A stretch of DNA of 61,885 bases, taken from assembly GCA_937942165.1 (NCBI GenBank), contig CALDFW010000017.1, forward strand, positions 1 to 61,885, given 5' to 3'. This document shows, one piece after another, positions 53,379-61,885 of this stretch (position 1 is its first letter; every line of letters starts with the position of its first letter). Position numbers and translations under genes: made by a program. The notes below the pieces were generated by a model. The model was not told the DNA's origin. It searched no databases and saw only the letters and a program-made list of their open reading frames with translations. This DNA is from an uncultured bacterium. GTDB lineage: Bacteria > Latescibacterota > UBA2968 > UBA8231.

Positions 53379-55106
53379 ATGTCAACCAAAGTGCTTGACG
53401 ATTCGATTAGACCACGCTATCCTCTCTCCCTCATGATAAAGCTGACTAATGCGAGTTTTCACTTTGCCGATATCCCCGTTTTAAGGTCGATTGATTTACA
53501 GATCCATCCGGGCGAATTCACGGCAATCATGGGAGCAAATGGGTCGGGTAAGACCACGCTAGCTCGCTGTCTAAACGGCTTACTCATACCGCAAACAGGT
53601 TCCGTTTGCATTGACGGCAAAACTACGACCGATCCGGGTTGTCTGCCCTCTATTCGACGCACTGTCGGTATGGTTTTTCAGAACCCAGATGACCAGTTGG
53701 CCACGACAACGGTTGAAAGCGAGCTGGCATTTGGCTTAGAGAATACGGCCGTTGCCGCGGATGAAATGCACCAACGCGTTGACCAGACGCTCGCCGATTT
53801 TGGACTCGAGTCCTATAGAAACGCTGCTCCGCATCACTTATCAGGCGGGGAAAAGCAGCGCCTTGCTATAGCAGCCGCTCTGATCATGCGCCCGCGCTAT
53901 CTGGTCCTAGACGAGCCTACCGCACTACTCGACCCCCAGCATCGCCGGCAGGTAATTGAACTGCTTCATACCCTTCGAGAACAGCATGGTGTGGCAACCA
54001 TACTCGTCACGCACGTCCCGGAGGAAGCCGTGACCTCAAACCGAATCATCGCGCTAGAGGCTGGAAAAATCTGTCTCGACGGGTCACCATCCGACGTGTT
54101 CGCTGACGTGGAACGCCTGCAACACTCAGGACTCAAAGTTCCTTTTGCTCGCCAACTCAGCGCCGCCTGCCACCCGCCTTTAACGGCGGTGACCGAACAA
54201 GAATTCGCGTCTCAATGGGGCACTCGCCCTTTGATCCCACTCTCTCCCCCTCTTGAAGGGCCTGCCGAAACCAGCCGTACAATCCTGGAAACCCAAACCC
54301 TCTCTCACGTCTACGGCGCCGGACTCCCCCATGAGAAAGAGGGCCTCACTCAAGTGTCTGTTCAGTTTACTCCGGGCAGTATTCATGCGATTATTGGCGC
54401 CAGTGGCTCGGGCAAGACGACGTTTGCGCAGCATCTAAACGGCCTGCTTAAACCTAGCCATGGGCACGTCTTATTAGACGGCGAAGATCTTCAATCCCAA
54501 CCGCAGCTTCGAGTCCATCAGCGAGTGGGCATTGTTTTTCAATTCCCCGAATCACAGCTTTTTGCTGAGACAGTTCAACAAGACGTCGCTTTTGGCCCCA
54601 GCAATGCGGGGTTTTCAGGAAAACGCGTCAAAGAGCTCGTAGAGCAGGCGCTGTCACAGGTCGGCTTGCCCTTGAAAAACTTTGGCTCGCGACCGCCACT
54701 TAGCCTGAGCGGGGGAGAAAAGCGGCGCGTTGCTCTGGCTGGCGTCCTCGCTATGGATCCCGACGTTCTCGTGCTCGACGAACCCACAGCAGGCCTCGAT
54801 CCAAGCGCCACCGAATCCCTCTGCCGCCTCTTAAGGCAACTGGCTGGGCGGGGAAAAGCAATCGTTCTCATTACGCACGACATGGATCTGGTAGCCCTGT
54901 TGGCCGATAATACGACAATTCTCAGCGCTGGCAAGGTCGTCCTACAGGGGCCTAAGCGCAGCACCCTGACTCATCCCGACCTTGTAGCACAAACTAATCT
55001 ACTTCCCCCTGCGGCCACGCAGCTTGCGCTCCGGCTTGGCATACAGGGCGTGAGCAGTTTAGACCTCCCGCTCACGCTTGACGAACTGCGATCCATGCTG
55101 GGGTGA
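53379..55106 (+). CDS. Fused tandem ABC ATPase of the ECF/CbiO type (EcfA1-EcfA2-like)
   Basis: Two complete cassettes. Walker A motifs GANGSGKTT and GASGSGKTT. Signatures LSGGEKQRL and LSGGEKRRV. Walker B motifs LVLDEPT in both. The start is either ATG 53379 or ATG 53433 (MIKLTNASF). Confidence 0.88.
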   Translation: MSTKVLDDSIRPRYPLSLMIKLTNASFHFADIPVLRSIDLQIHPGEFTAIMGANGSGKTTLARCLNGLLIPQTGSVCIDGKTTTDPGCLPSIRRTVGMVFQNPDDQLATTTVESELAFGLENTAVAADEMHQRVDQTLADFGLESYRNAAPHHLSGGEKQRLAIAAALIMRPRYLVLDEPTALLDPQHRRQVIELLHTLREQHGVATILVTHVPEEAVTSNRIIALEAGKICLDGSPSDVFADVERLQHSGLKVPFARQLSAACHPPLTAVTEQEFASQWGTRPLIPLSPPLEGPAETSRTILETQTLSHVYGAGLPHEKEGLTQVSVQFTPGSIHAIIGASGSGKTTFAQHLNGLLKPSHGHVLLDGEDLQSQPQLRVHQRVGIVFQFPESQLFAETVQQDVAFGPSNAGFSGKRVKELVEQALSQVGLPLKNFGSRPPLSLSGGEKRRVALAGVLAMDPDVLVLDEPTAGLDPSATESLCRLLRQLAGRGKAIVLITHDMDLVALLADNTTILSAGKVVLQGPKRSTLTHPDLVAQTNLLPPAATQLALRLGIQGVSSLDLPLTLDELRSMLG

Positions 55107-55116
55107 CAACTCCCTC

Positions 55117-56439
55117 TTACGGACGAAATGCATCCGGCCAATGCTCCACGTTTTCCACTCCATCCAAATTGACAACAACAACGTCAAAGCGATATAAACC
55201 GCCTTTCTGACCCTGCCGAATATAGTGCCTAGCCGCCTTGACAATGCGCGCTTGCTTCACTCTATCCACCCGCTCTTCCGGGCGATACCCATCCCCTTGC
55301 TGACTCGTCTTTACTTCTACGAACACACATTCTTCGTCTTTCCGAACAATCAGATCTATTTCTCCCCCCCCACCGCGATACCTTCGCTCTAGCACCTGGT
55401 ATCCAGCTTCGAGAAGAAAGGCCTCGGCGCGCGTTTCCCCCATCCGTCCCACATCTTCCAAGGCGGCCAGTCGTTTGCGATATAGCGCTCTGAGTGCGCG
55501 CAATTCCTCTTCGGGCAGATCTTCCGTCGCTTCTTTTATAAAGCGAGCCATCCGCTCCAATTCCGCTGGCGAATCAGCGGCCTCCAAACCATCGGCAAAG
55601 CTCGCATAAGCCGCTGAACGACTGGGGCCAAGCAGTTCCGCTACCGGGGCAAAGCTGCGCCGATGTAAAGCACAGGGACCGTTTAAGCGCAGCGCCGCCA
55701 TATGATCTGGACTACCGTATCCCTTGTGACCCGCAAATCCGTAGTCTGGGTAGGTTTCGTCAGCCTCGACCATCAAACGGTCTCGATAAACCTTGGCTAG
55801 CACCGAAGCAGCGGCAATTGACAGGGATCGCGCATCTCCGTCCACTAGGGCTGTTTCTTCTAGTGAACTACCTGGTCGTATATGACCATCCACCAAAACG
55901 TGCTGTGGCACGACCTCTAGTCCACCAATGGCTTCTCTCATCGCCTTCAAGGACGCCTGCAAAATATTGAGTTGATCGATTTCCGGCGCATCAACTTTCG
56001 CAATGGAAGTCGAAATAGCCTGAGCGATAATGGCATCGTATAAGACTTCTCGTTTGCGTGCAGAAAGCTTTTTTGAATCGTCCAATCCGGGTAGATCTGC
56101 ATCGGCAGGCAGCACTACGGCGGCGGCTACAACCGGACCAGCCAAACAACCCCGCCCCGCTTCATCCACACCAGCCACCCGCTGAACTCCGCGTCCCCAA
56201 AGCCGCTGCTCAAACTGCAAGAGCTCTTTTCTTCGGGCCTCTTCCGCACGCTGTCGTGCCCACTGCTTGCGCGCCTGCACGGCTAAGCGCCGAACGCCGA
56301 CGCGCGAATCTTTCTCTAGGAGAGCCCATTCGGGGGCCTCTTCACTCCAGTCGACAGAAAGATCACGTATCTGAGCAACTGTCATATTTTCCAATTCGGC
56401 GGAACGCAACTCAACGCCGTCAGTCTCTTCTATTGACAC
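55117..56439 (-). CDS. rnhB: Ribonuclease HII fused to a YraN (UPF0102) PD-(D/E)xK-type endonuclease domain
   Basis: One uninterrupted 440-aa ORF. RNase HII motifs GVDEAGRGCLAGPV and DDSKKLS lie in residues ~90-280. After a ~50-aa linker come GETRAEAFLLEAGYQVLERRYR, GGGEIDLIV, VFVEVKT and YRFDVVVV, typical of YraN. Confidence 0.85.
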   Translation of the reverse strand: MSIEETDGVELRSAELENMTVAQIRDLSVDWSEEAPEWALLEKDSRVGVRRLAVQARKQWARQRAEEARRKELLQFEQRLWGRGVQRVAGVDEAGRGCLAGPVVAAAVVLPADADLPGLDDSKKLSARKREVLYDAIIAQAISTSIAKVDAPEIDQLNILQASLKAMREAIGGLEVVPQHVLVDGHIRPGSSLEETALVDGDARSLSIAAASVLAKVYRDRLMVEADETYPDYGFAGHKGYGSPDHMAALRLNGPCALHRRSFAPVAELLGPSRSAAYASFADGLEAADSPAELERMARFIKEATEDLPEEELRALRALYRKRLAALEDVGRMGETRAEAFLLEAGYQVLERRYRGGGGEIDLIVRKDEECVFVEVKTSQQGDGYRPEERVDRVKQARIVKAARHYIRQGQKGGLYRFDVVVVNLDGVENVEHWPDAFRP

Positions 56440-56500
56440 GAATCACTAGCCTCATATATTTCGGCTAAACACGCCGAATACACATGTGGGAGTTGGAATT

Positions 56501-57076
56501 ATGAAAATCAATTTAGTGTTCTGCACAGTACTAGCCCTGCTGGCAAGCGTATTCCCAGCCGCGGCTCAGACCGGCTCAACCGAGCGCGCCGACACGCGTG
56601 TATATCTGGCCGATGGCACGCTCGTAGAAGGCACAATGGTCGAGAAAGGTGCCGAGTTGATCATCATGCGCGTCGAGCAAAAGGTCTTCACCTTTGATCG
56701 GACCGAAATAGATAAGATTGTCACGCTTGAATCCCTGGGCGGCGGTGCTAAAACCATCACCGTTACGGAGTTTCCCTACATCAGCTTCATGGGCGGCGCC
56801 GTGGCATTCGGACTGCTCTCTTGGCTTCAGTTTGATCGCGCTTCTGACAACGAACAGGAAGCGAAGCTCAACAGGGTTCACCAGCAACTTTCCCGCGCGC
56901 AAAAGCTCGAGGATAAGGCGTCTCGCGCTCGCATTTACGGCTGGTCAACTGCGATTTTCTCTGCGGGTAGTCTGGGCGTTTCACTCATCCCTCGCAAAGC
57001 AACTCGACGCGTCTTTCCCGAACTGGGCGCAAGCAGTGACGGCGATCCCATGCTGCGCGTTAAATACACGTTCTAA
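56501..57076 (+). CDS. Uncharacterised exported/membrane protein
   Basis: ATG 56501 with a TGGGAG SD. Signal peptide MKINLVFCTVLALLASVFPAAAQ. Two hydrophobic segments in the C-terminal half. Confidence 0.6.
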   Translation: MKINLVFCTVLALLASVFPAAAQTGSTERADTRVYLADGTLVEGTMVEKGAELIIMRVEQKVFTFDRTEIDKIVTLESLGGGAKTITVTEFPYISFMGGAVAFGLLSWLQFDRASDNEQEAKLNRVHQQLSRAQKLEDKASRARIYGWSTAIFSAGSLGVSLIPRKATRRVFPELGASSDGDPMLRVKYTF

Positions 57077-58401
57077 CGCTTACGACGGCGCAGCAGCTGA
57101 AGCTGCTGTTCCAAGACTTCAATTTTTTGGGTCTGAAGGCGAACCAGTTCGGCGTACACCTTTGCGCGGTCATCCTGAGCTTCTAACGCTTGACGAAACG
57201 CATCGACCTGTCCCAATAGACCATCCATGAGCGCATCTTCGTCCGCCGGATCTCTCGAAGTAGCAAAAGCCGCGGCGCTTGCTCGGAGAGCGCTGCGCTT
57301 TTCCTCTATCTGACGTTCGAGGGCCTTCTCCTCACCACCTCCGTTAGACACCTGCTGCGGCCGAGCCTTTTCTACGGCCCGCGCAAACTTGGAGCGCGGC
57401 GTTTCAACAGTAGTTCCCTCTTTTTTCCTTCGAAGGGCGCGCACAATCAAAAGCGCAAAACCAAGACAAAGAACCGCTGCCACTCCTGCGACTACCGCCC
57501 AGATCCACGCCTCAGATTCTTCTCCCTGCGCCTGCTCGACCTCTCTATCGGAAGGCTGAATCCACGCTTCTCCTCGCGCGAGTGCATCGTACTTAGCAGC
57601 ACTGTCCGGCAAGCCAACGGCCCTGTACATCTCAGCCAGTTCTCGATGCCCCTCTCCCTGTGCCACTGCGCGGTAAAGCTTCTCTATGCCGGCGTCGTAT
57701 TGACCCAATTCGCGGTGGGCTCGCGCCGCATGCAACAAAGCCCGTAAGTGACCCGCGTCATCGACTAAAACCTGCTCAAAAGCCACAAGCGCGCCCGCGT
57801 AATCGCCATCTCCTTCCCGCTGTAACCCTTCTGCGTACGGATTGAGAATGCTGCCCTCAGGCAAAGGCTCGCTTACCGCATCTTGCTCATCAAGAGCTAC
57901 CGTGTCTTCCCGCACTACTGCGACAATCTGCGCCTCTTTTTCGCTTGGCTCTCCGTCGTTGGAGTCTATTATTTCCAGCGGTTTGACCAGCTCTCTCCAA
58001 ATCCAACCGCGCTCCCCGCTCAGCATCTCCACTTCAAACCAACGTCCTGCGCGCCCAATTAGAGCCAGTTCGCTCCCCTGCTCTACAATTGCTGCCGTCG
58101 GGGCCTCCGTTGACCCCGATGTCCGCACGCGCACTCGCTCTCCTGTGACGGTCCAGATTTCTCTAACTAGGTTGCTGTGTAACCAGCCCAGTCTTCCATC
58201 AGGTAGACGAATCTGATTCCACTCGTCTTTTTGCGCGACGCGCTCTACCCGTTTACCCTCTTGCAAGACGGCAATACGCACGGACTGCACCGTCGCGTCC
58301 GCACGAATATTTACCTGTGGTCTATCCACCTCAAGAACGGGTCCAGCAGCCAGGGTAGCATGTGCCCAAAGAGAAAGTGAAATCAGCGCACCCTTAAGCA
58401 C
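57073..58401 (-). CDS. SH3-domain / TPR-like / TM / coiled-coil protein
   Basis: Signal peptide, then two bacterial SH3-like repeats ([19 protein letters not shown]...GWLHSNLV and [11 protein letters not shown]...GWIWRELV). Then a TPR-like region, [24 protein letters not shown], and a cytoplasmic coiled coil. GTG start. Confidence 0.65.
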   Translation of the reverse strand: MLKGALISLSLWAHATLAAGPVLEVDRPQVNIRADATVQSVRIAVLQEGKRVERVAQKDEWNQIRLPDGRLGWLHSNLVREIWTVTGERVRVRTSGSTEAPTAAIVEQGSELALIGRAGRWFEVEMLSGERGWIWRELVKPLEIIDSNDGEPSEKEAQIVAVVREDTVALDEQDAVSEPLPEGSILNPYAEGLQREGDGDYAGALVAFEQVLVDDAGHLRALLHAARAHRELGQYDAGIEKLYRAVAQGEGHRELAEMYRAVGLPDSAAKYDALARGEAWIQPSDREVEQAQGEESEAWIWAVVAGVAAVLCLGFALLIVRALRRKKEGTTVETPRSKFARAVEKARPQQVSNGGGEEKALERQIEEKRSALRASAAAFATSRDPADEDALMDGLLGQVDAFRQALEAQDDRAKVYAELVRLQTQKIEVLEQQLQLLRRRKR

Positions 58402-58846
58402 AGTCGGCTCCTCTAAGGTGGTGCACCACAGCGCGCAGACCCAAGATGTAGCTGTACAGAGAAAACCCCGCTATCTGGCCGAGGCAAACTGGAGCAATCA
58501 CGGAGTGATGTCGAAAAGACTCGCGAGCGTGTACGTTGGAAAGGTGCACCTCTACACAGGGAAGCCCTATTCCCGAAATCGCGTCGCGCAAAGCAATGCT
58601 GTAATGAGTTAAGGCTCCGGGATTAATCACCACACCCTGCCGACTTTCTCGGGCCGCGTGCAGGGCATCGACCAGTTCACCTTCGATATTCGACTGGAAA
58701 CAGTCCACCTCCACGCCCAGGGATTTGGCTTCCCGCCTCACCATTTCGTCAACGTCTGCCAGGGTTTCTTTGCCGTAGACCTCCGGCTCTCTCACGCCTA
58801 GTAAGTTTAAATTCGGTCCGTGTAAGACCTGAATACTAATCCCCAT
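58394..58846 (-). CDS. aroQ: Type II 3-dehydroquinate dehydratase
   Basis: [20 protein letters not shown] and [10 protein letters not shown] signatures. Confidence 0.95.
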   Translation of the reverse strand: MGISIQVLHGPNLNLLGVREPEVYGKETLADVDEMVRREAKSLGVEVDCFQSNIEGELVDALHAARESRQGVVINPGALTHYSIALRDAISGIGLPCVEVHLSNVHARESFRHHSVIAPVCLGQIAGFSLYSYILGLRAVVHHLRGADCA

Positions 58847-58847
58847 A

Positions 58848-59594
58848 TTACTCCTTTTCGCAGCGGATGAGTTGTCCGTATTCGCGCAGTAAGAGCCCCG
58901 CTAGCACCACGCTTGCCGTATCGGCCCGCAGCACGCGTTCTCCCCAACCAAAAACGCGCACCCCTCGCTCTCGAGCAAAGGCAATCTCTCCCGATGAAAA
59001 GCCGCCTTCTGGTCCAATTAACAGTCCAACGGATGCACCTACTGAGATGTTATCATTCGACCAGGGTTGGGTCTCCTCCCCGCCCAAAGCGCCCATATAC
59101 ACGGCATCGCATGTGGTTACAAGGCGTTCTACGACCTCCGCAAACGCAGCCGGTTGTTGGATATCTGGAAAGCGGCTGCGCCCACACTGCTTTACGGCAG
59201 CCCGCACCAACCGATGCCATCGCTCGATTTTAGACGCCGATTTAGTGCGCGCGACCCCCCGTTCACTTTCGACAGGCCATATCGCTGAAACGCCCACTTC
59301 AGTCGTTTTCTCTAGGACAACGTCAAATCGCTGACCTTTCAACAGCGCCGGAGCGAGTACCAATTGGATGGGGCCTTCCCCGACCTCAACGCCGTGCTCA
59401 ACAATCTCTCCTAGGGCCTGTTCTCGCTCAATTTCCAACAGGCGGACCCTATAAAAATGCCCCTCGCCGTCAACGACATCGATCAAGTCGTCTACGGTTT
59501 GACGACGGACTTTGTGCAAATGATGAGCCTCATCGCCGCGCAAAACAAGGCGATCGCCCAAAACGTCTTCACTCGCGACCCAGAAAGAGGCCAT
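58848..59594 (-). CDS. rsmE: 16S rRNA (uracil1498-N3)-methyltransferase
   Basis: [14 protein letters not shown]-terminal PUA-like region and [15 protein letters not shown] motif. Confidence 0.9.
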   Translation of the reverse strand: MASFWVASEDVLGDRLVLRGDEAHHLHKVRRQTVDDLIDVVDGEGHFYRVRLLEIEREQALGEIVEHGVEVGEGPIQLVLAPALLKGQRFDVVLEKTTEVGVSAIWPVESERGVARTKSASKIERWHRLVRAAVKQCGRSRFPDIQQPAAFAEVVERLVTTCDAVYMGALGGEETQPWSNDNISVGASVGLLIGPEGGFSSGEIAFARERGVRVFGWGERVLRADTASVVLAGLLLREYGQLIRCEKE

Positions 59595-60457
59595 CAGCTA
59601 CCGCGCCGGGCTATAATACCGACCCACTCATTCTTGGCTAAAACTTCGACCAAATCAAACCCGTAGCGGGAGAGTTCCGCGCAGAAATCTTTCTCTTCGC
59701 GGGCCAAAATTCCAGAAAATATGACGGGGTGACCAACGGATAAACGATCGCGGATTGAAGCTAAAATCGGCAACAATATTCGACTTTGGATATTGGCGAC
59801 AATCAGATCGAATTCGGCTCCTTCTGCGCAGTCATTAATACGCCCAACGCGCACATCGACGCGATCATTCTCCACGTGGTTCCGCTTCATGTTTTCGCAG
59901 GCATTTTCGACGGCCGCAGGATCTACGTCTAACGATGTGACGTGCTCGGCACCCCACCCAGCAGCTGCAATTGAAAGCACGCCACTCCCCGTCCCTAAAT
60001 CCAACACGCGGTATCCCTGTTCCATATACTGTTCCAGGGCTTGCAGACAAAGCTGCGTCGACTCGTGTCCTCCAGTGCCAAAAGCCATTTTCGGATCAAT
60101 GGTGATGGCCATGCCGTCTCCTGCGTCAACCGGAATCCAAGAGGGATGTATAACCACGTTTGGCGTGGCCCAAATCGGGCGGAAGAAGCGACGCCATTCG
60201 GCTTCCCAGTCTTCCTCTTCTTGCATAGCTCGGTCTATTTTGACGTCGCTCAAAGACTGCAATTCGGCATACGAACGGAGCTCTTCTTCAATATGCGCTA
60301 AATCCAACGCCTCCGGGAAGTAAACGGTCAATCGCACATGGGGTTCCCTATCATCGGTTTCCAAACCGCAGCTGCCCAGAGAAAAACACAGCGCGCTGAA
60401 CACCTCGGAACACTCCATGGAGGTCTGTATCGTAAGGATATGCCAATTGCGTGTCAT
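59594..60457 (-). CDS. prmA: Ribosomal protein L11 methyltransferase
   Basis: DPKMAFGTGGHESTQLCL and VLDLGTGSGVLSIAA motifs. prmA-rsmE synteny downstream of dnaJ. Confidence 0.92.
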   Translation of the reverse strand: MTRNWHILTIQTSMECSEVFSALCFSLGSCGLETDDREPHVRLTVYFPEALDLAHIEEELRSYAELQSLSDVKIDRAMQEEEDWEAEWRRFFRPIWATPNVVIHPSWIPVDAGDGMAITIDPKMAFGTGGHESTQLCLQALEQYMEQGYRVLDLGTGSGVLSIAAAGWGAEHVTSLDVDPAAVENACENMKRNHVENDRVDVRVGRINDCAEGAEFDLIVANIQSRILLPILASIRDRLSVGHPVIFSGILAREEKDFCAELSRYGFDLVEVLAKNEWVGIIARRGS

Positions 60458-60581
60458 AATTGGTGCAAAGATAGGGTATCAGAAGGAAGTGTAGCAAGCC
60501 ACGAGGAGGTATAGTTATACCTTGACGGACGACCCAAGCACAGACCGATCGCATTTGTGTCGGCTTCCAAGGCAGGAACCC

Positions 60582-60611
60582 TTCGAAATCGTTGGGGCCA
60601 ACGCTTTCGAA
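60582..60611. other. Strong hairpin / inverted repeat between mrp and prmA
   Basis: TTCGAAATCGTTGG-GG-CCAACGCTTTCGAA has 14-nt arms with one mismatch. It lies 16 nt downstream of the mrp stop. No T-run on either strand. Confidence 0.5.
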
Positions 60612-60626
60612 TCGCCAGACGTCCGA

Positions 60627-61457
60627 CTAGTCGCCGGGAGCGAGATCGCGCAATCCCTCTACGAGGCCCGTGCACAGAGGCGTGAACAGCGGCTCGTATT
60701 GAGCATCGAGAGCCGCGGGGTGGCCCTGGTCTCCCCCGGCGCGAATGGCCTCAATAAGGGGAACTTCTCCAAGAAAGGGCACCCCCTGACGATCTGCGGC
60801 TGCCCGTCCTCCTCCACGACCAAACACCTCGTGTCGCTTGTCACAGTTGGGACACAGGTAATAGCTCATGTTCTCCACCACGCCCAGCACGTCCACTTCT
60901 ACCTTATCAAACATAGCCATACCGCGCTCAACGTCTTCTAATGCAACGCTCTGTGGTGTTGTGACTATGACCGCACCTGACAGGGCAATGGTCTGACTCA
61001 GCGTTAAAGGCACGTCTCCGGTGCCCGGAGGCAAATCCACCAACAGGTAATCTAACGCACCCCATTCTACCTGGTTTAAAAACTGCTGTAACGCTCGAGC
61101 TAGCAGTGGTCCACGCCATATTACCGGAGCCTCTCTGCCGGCAATAAAACCGATCGACATAAGGTTTATTCCGTGTGCTTTCACGGGTATGAGACGGTCG
61201 TCTTCAGATAGTACGGGTTCGTCGGAAACACCTGTCATTAGGGGTATACTCGGCCCGTATATATCCGCATCTAGTAGGCCAACTGCTGCACCTTGAGCAG
61301 CTAATCGCGTGGCCAAATTAACGCTCAGCGTCGACTTGCCCACACCGCCTTTTGCGCTGGCTATAGCCACCACATTGCGCACTTGAGCTAAGGGACCTTC
61401 AGAAAAGAGCGTCCTCGGCACCTGCGCGACTTCTTTCTTTCTTCTAAAGAGTGGCAT
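60627..61457 (-). CDS. mrp: Mrp/NBP35/ApbC-family Fe-S cluster carrier ATPase
   Basis: Deviant Walker A IASAKGGVGKST, the CPNCD (CxxC) cluster-ligand motif, and DLPPGTGD. Confidence 0.92.
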   Translation of the reverse strand: MPLFRRKKEVAQVPRTLFSEGPLAQVRNVVAIASAKGGVGKSTLSVNLATRLAAQGAAVGLLDADIYGPSIPLMTGVSDEPVLSEDDRLIPVKAHGINLMSIGFIAGREAPVIWRGPLLARALQQFLNQVEWGALDYLLVDLPPGTGDVPLTLSQTIALSGAVIVTTPQSVALEDVERGMAMFDKVEVDVLGVVENMSYYLCPNCDKRHEVFGRGGGRAAADRQGVPFLGEVPLIEAIRAGGDQGHPAALDAQYEPLFTPLCTGLVEGLRDLAPGD

Positions 61458-61462
61458 ATAGA

Positions 61463-61885
61463 CTAGCCGAAGGCTTTGCGGATGCGATCAAAGAAACTGT
61501 CTCCTTCGGAGCGAACGCGCTCTTCCTCCAATTTGGATAGTGCTTCAAAGACTTCTCGCTCCTCTCGACTTAATTCCTGGGGCGTCCACAGAAGGACTTG
61601 GACGAGCTGATCTCCGACACCCCTTCCATTCACGTCGGGTATCCCCTTGCGTGCCATGCGAAATACGCGACCGGCCTGCGTGCCGGCTGGCACCTTGAGC
61701 ACGGCCTGTCCCTGAAGAGTTGGCACTTCAATTTCGCTCCCCAGAGCGGCCTGTGAAAAACTGACGGGAAGCTGCAAAATAACGTCGTCACCATCGCGCG
61801 TAAACTGCGCGTGCTCTTTCTCTTCTATAAATACGAGACAGTCTCCCGAAGGCCCCCCTCGAGGGCCCGCTTCGCCCTGACCGCG
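61463..61885 (-). CDS. dnaJ: Chaperone DnaJ, C-terminal part only (5' end beyond window)
   Basis: The frame is open from the window edge. My translation is RGQGEAGPRGGPSGDCLVFIEEKEHAQFTRDGDDVILQLPVSFSQAALGSEIEVPTLQG...VFRMARKGIP, matching DnaJ CTD I/II. The track shows only the part after an internal TTG. Confidence 0.9.
   Translation of the reverse strand, partial: RGQGEAGPRGGPSGDCLVFIEEKEHAQFTRDGDDVILQLPVSFSQAALGSEIEVPTLQGQAVLKVPAGTQAGRVFRMARKGIPDVNGRGVGDQLVQVLLWTPQELSREEREVFEALSKLEEERVRSEGDSFFDRIRKAFG

Overview
This is a 61.9-kb bacterial chromosomal segment that is almost entirely coding: about 60 CDS and one tRNA. I recognised no rRNA, CRISPR array, transposase or integrase.

Layout:
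- 1-10.0 kb: an accessory-looking locus built around a signal-peptide-less sulfatase. It also holds an enolase-superfamily enzyme, an SDR, a Gfo/Idh/MocA oxidoreductase, a DegT-type PLP enzyme and three proteins I cannot place.
- 10-13.5 kb: a MauE/DoxX-thioredoxin fusion, a second DegT aminotransferase and kptA.
- 13.7-26.2 kb: a minus-strand dcw cell-division/cell-wall cluster, mraZ-rsmH-ftsL-ftsI-murE-murF-ftsW-murC-ftsQ-ftsA-ftsZ. It lacks mraY, murD and murG.
- 26.5-30.4 kb: trmB, then an operon of a Cys-rich MerR regulator, an IscA/HesB carrier, a cysteine desulfurase and a rhodanese::ThiF fusion.
- 30.8-42.9 kb: a metzincin/beta-propeller protein with a T9SS-type C-terminal domain, cysK, a solitary HsdM-like methyltransferase fused to one specificity domain, an atypical ssb, a thiolase, tRNA-Ala(UGC), a discoidin/FlgD-Ig secreted protein, a UbiA prenyltransferase and a GGDEF protein.
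- 43-49 kb: housekeeping genes frr, tsf, rpsB, rpsI, rplM, dedA, ispDF and queA.
- 49-51.6 kb: two divergent flagellin genes, one with a sigma28-type promoter.
- 51.7-61.9 kb: GT2, a hydrolase lipoprotein, a fused ECF-type ATPase, an RNase HII::YraN fusion, an SH3/TPR protein, aroQ, rsmE, prmA, mrp and the 3' part of dnaJ.

The supplied ORF track omits the two edge-truncated genes (1-1827 and 61463-61885, both minus strand). I recovered both by reading the frames myself. Several Rho-independent terminators are visible as hairpin plus T-run.

The T9SS-type sorting domains together with flagellins and sulfatases suggest an FCB-group-like or candidate-phylum organism. This is a weak inference.

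No obvious defence system is present. The most unusual items are the cytoplasmic sulfatase locus, the MerR/desulfurase/rhodanese-E1 operon, the RNase HII::YraN fusion, the truncated dcw synteny with tandem palindromes upstream of mraZ, and the solitary methyltransferase-TRD fusion.

All family calls come from motif recognition by eye. No database search was run.
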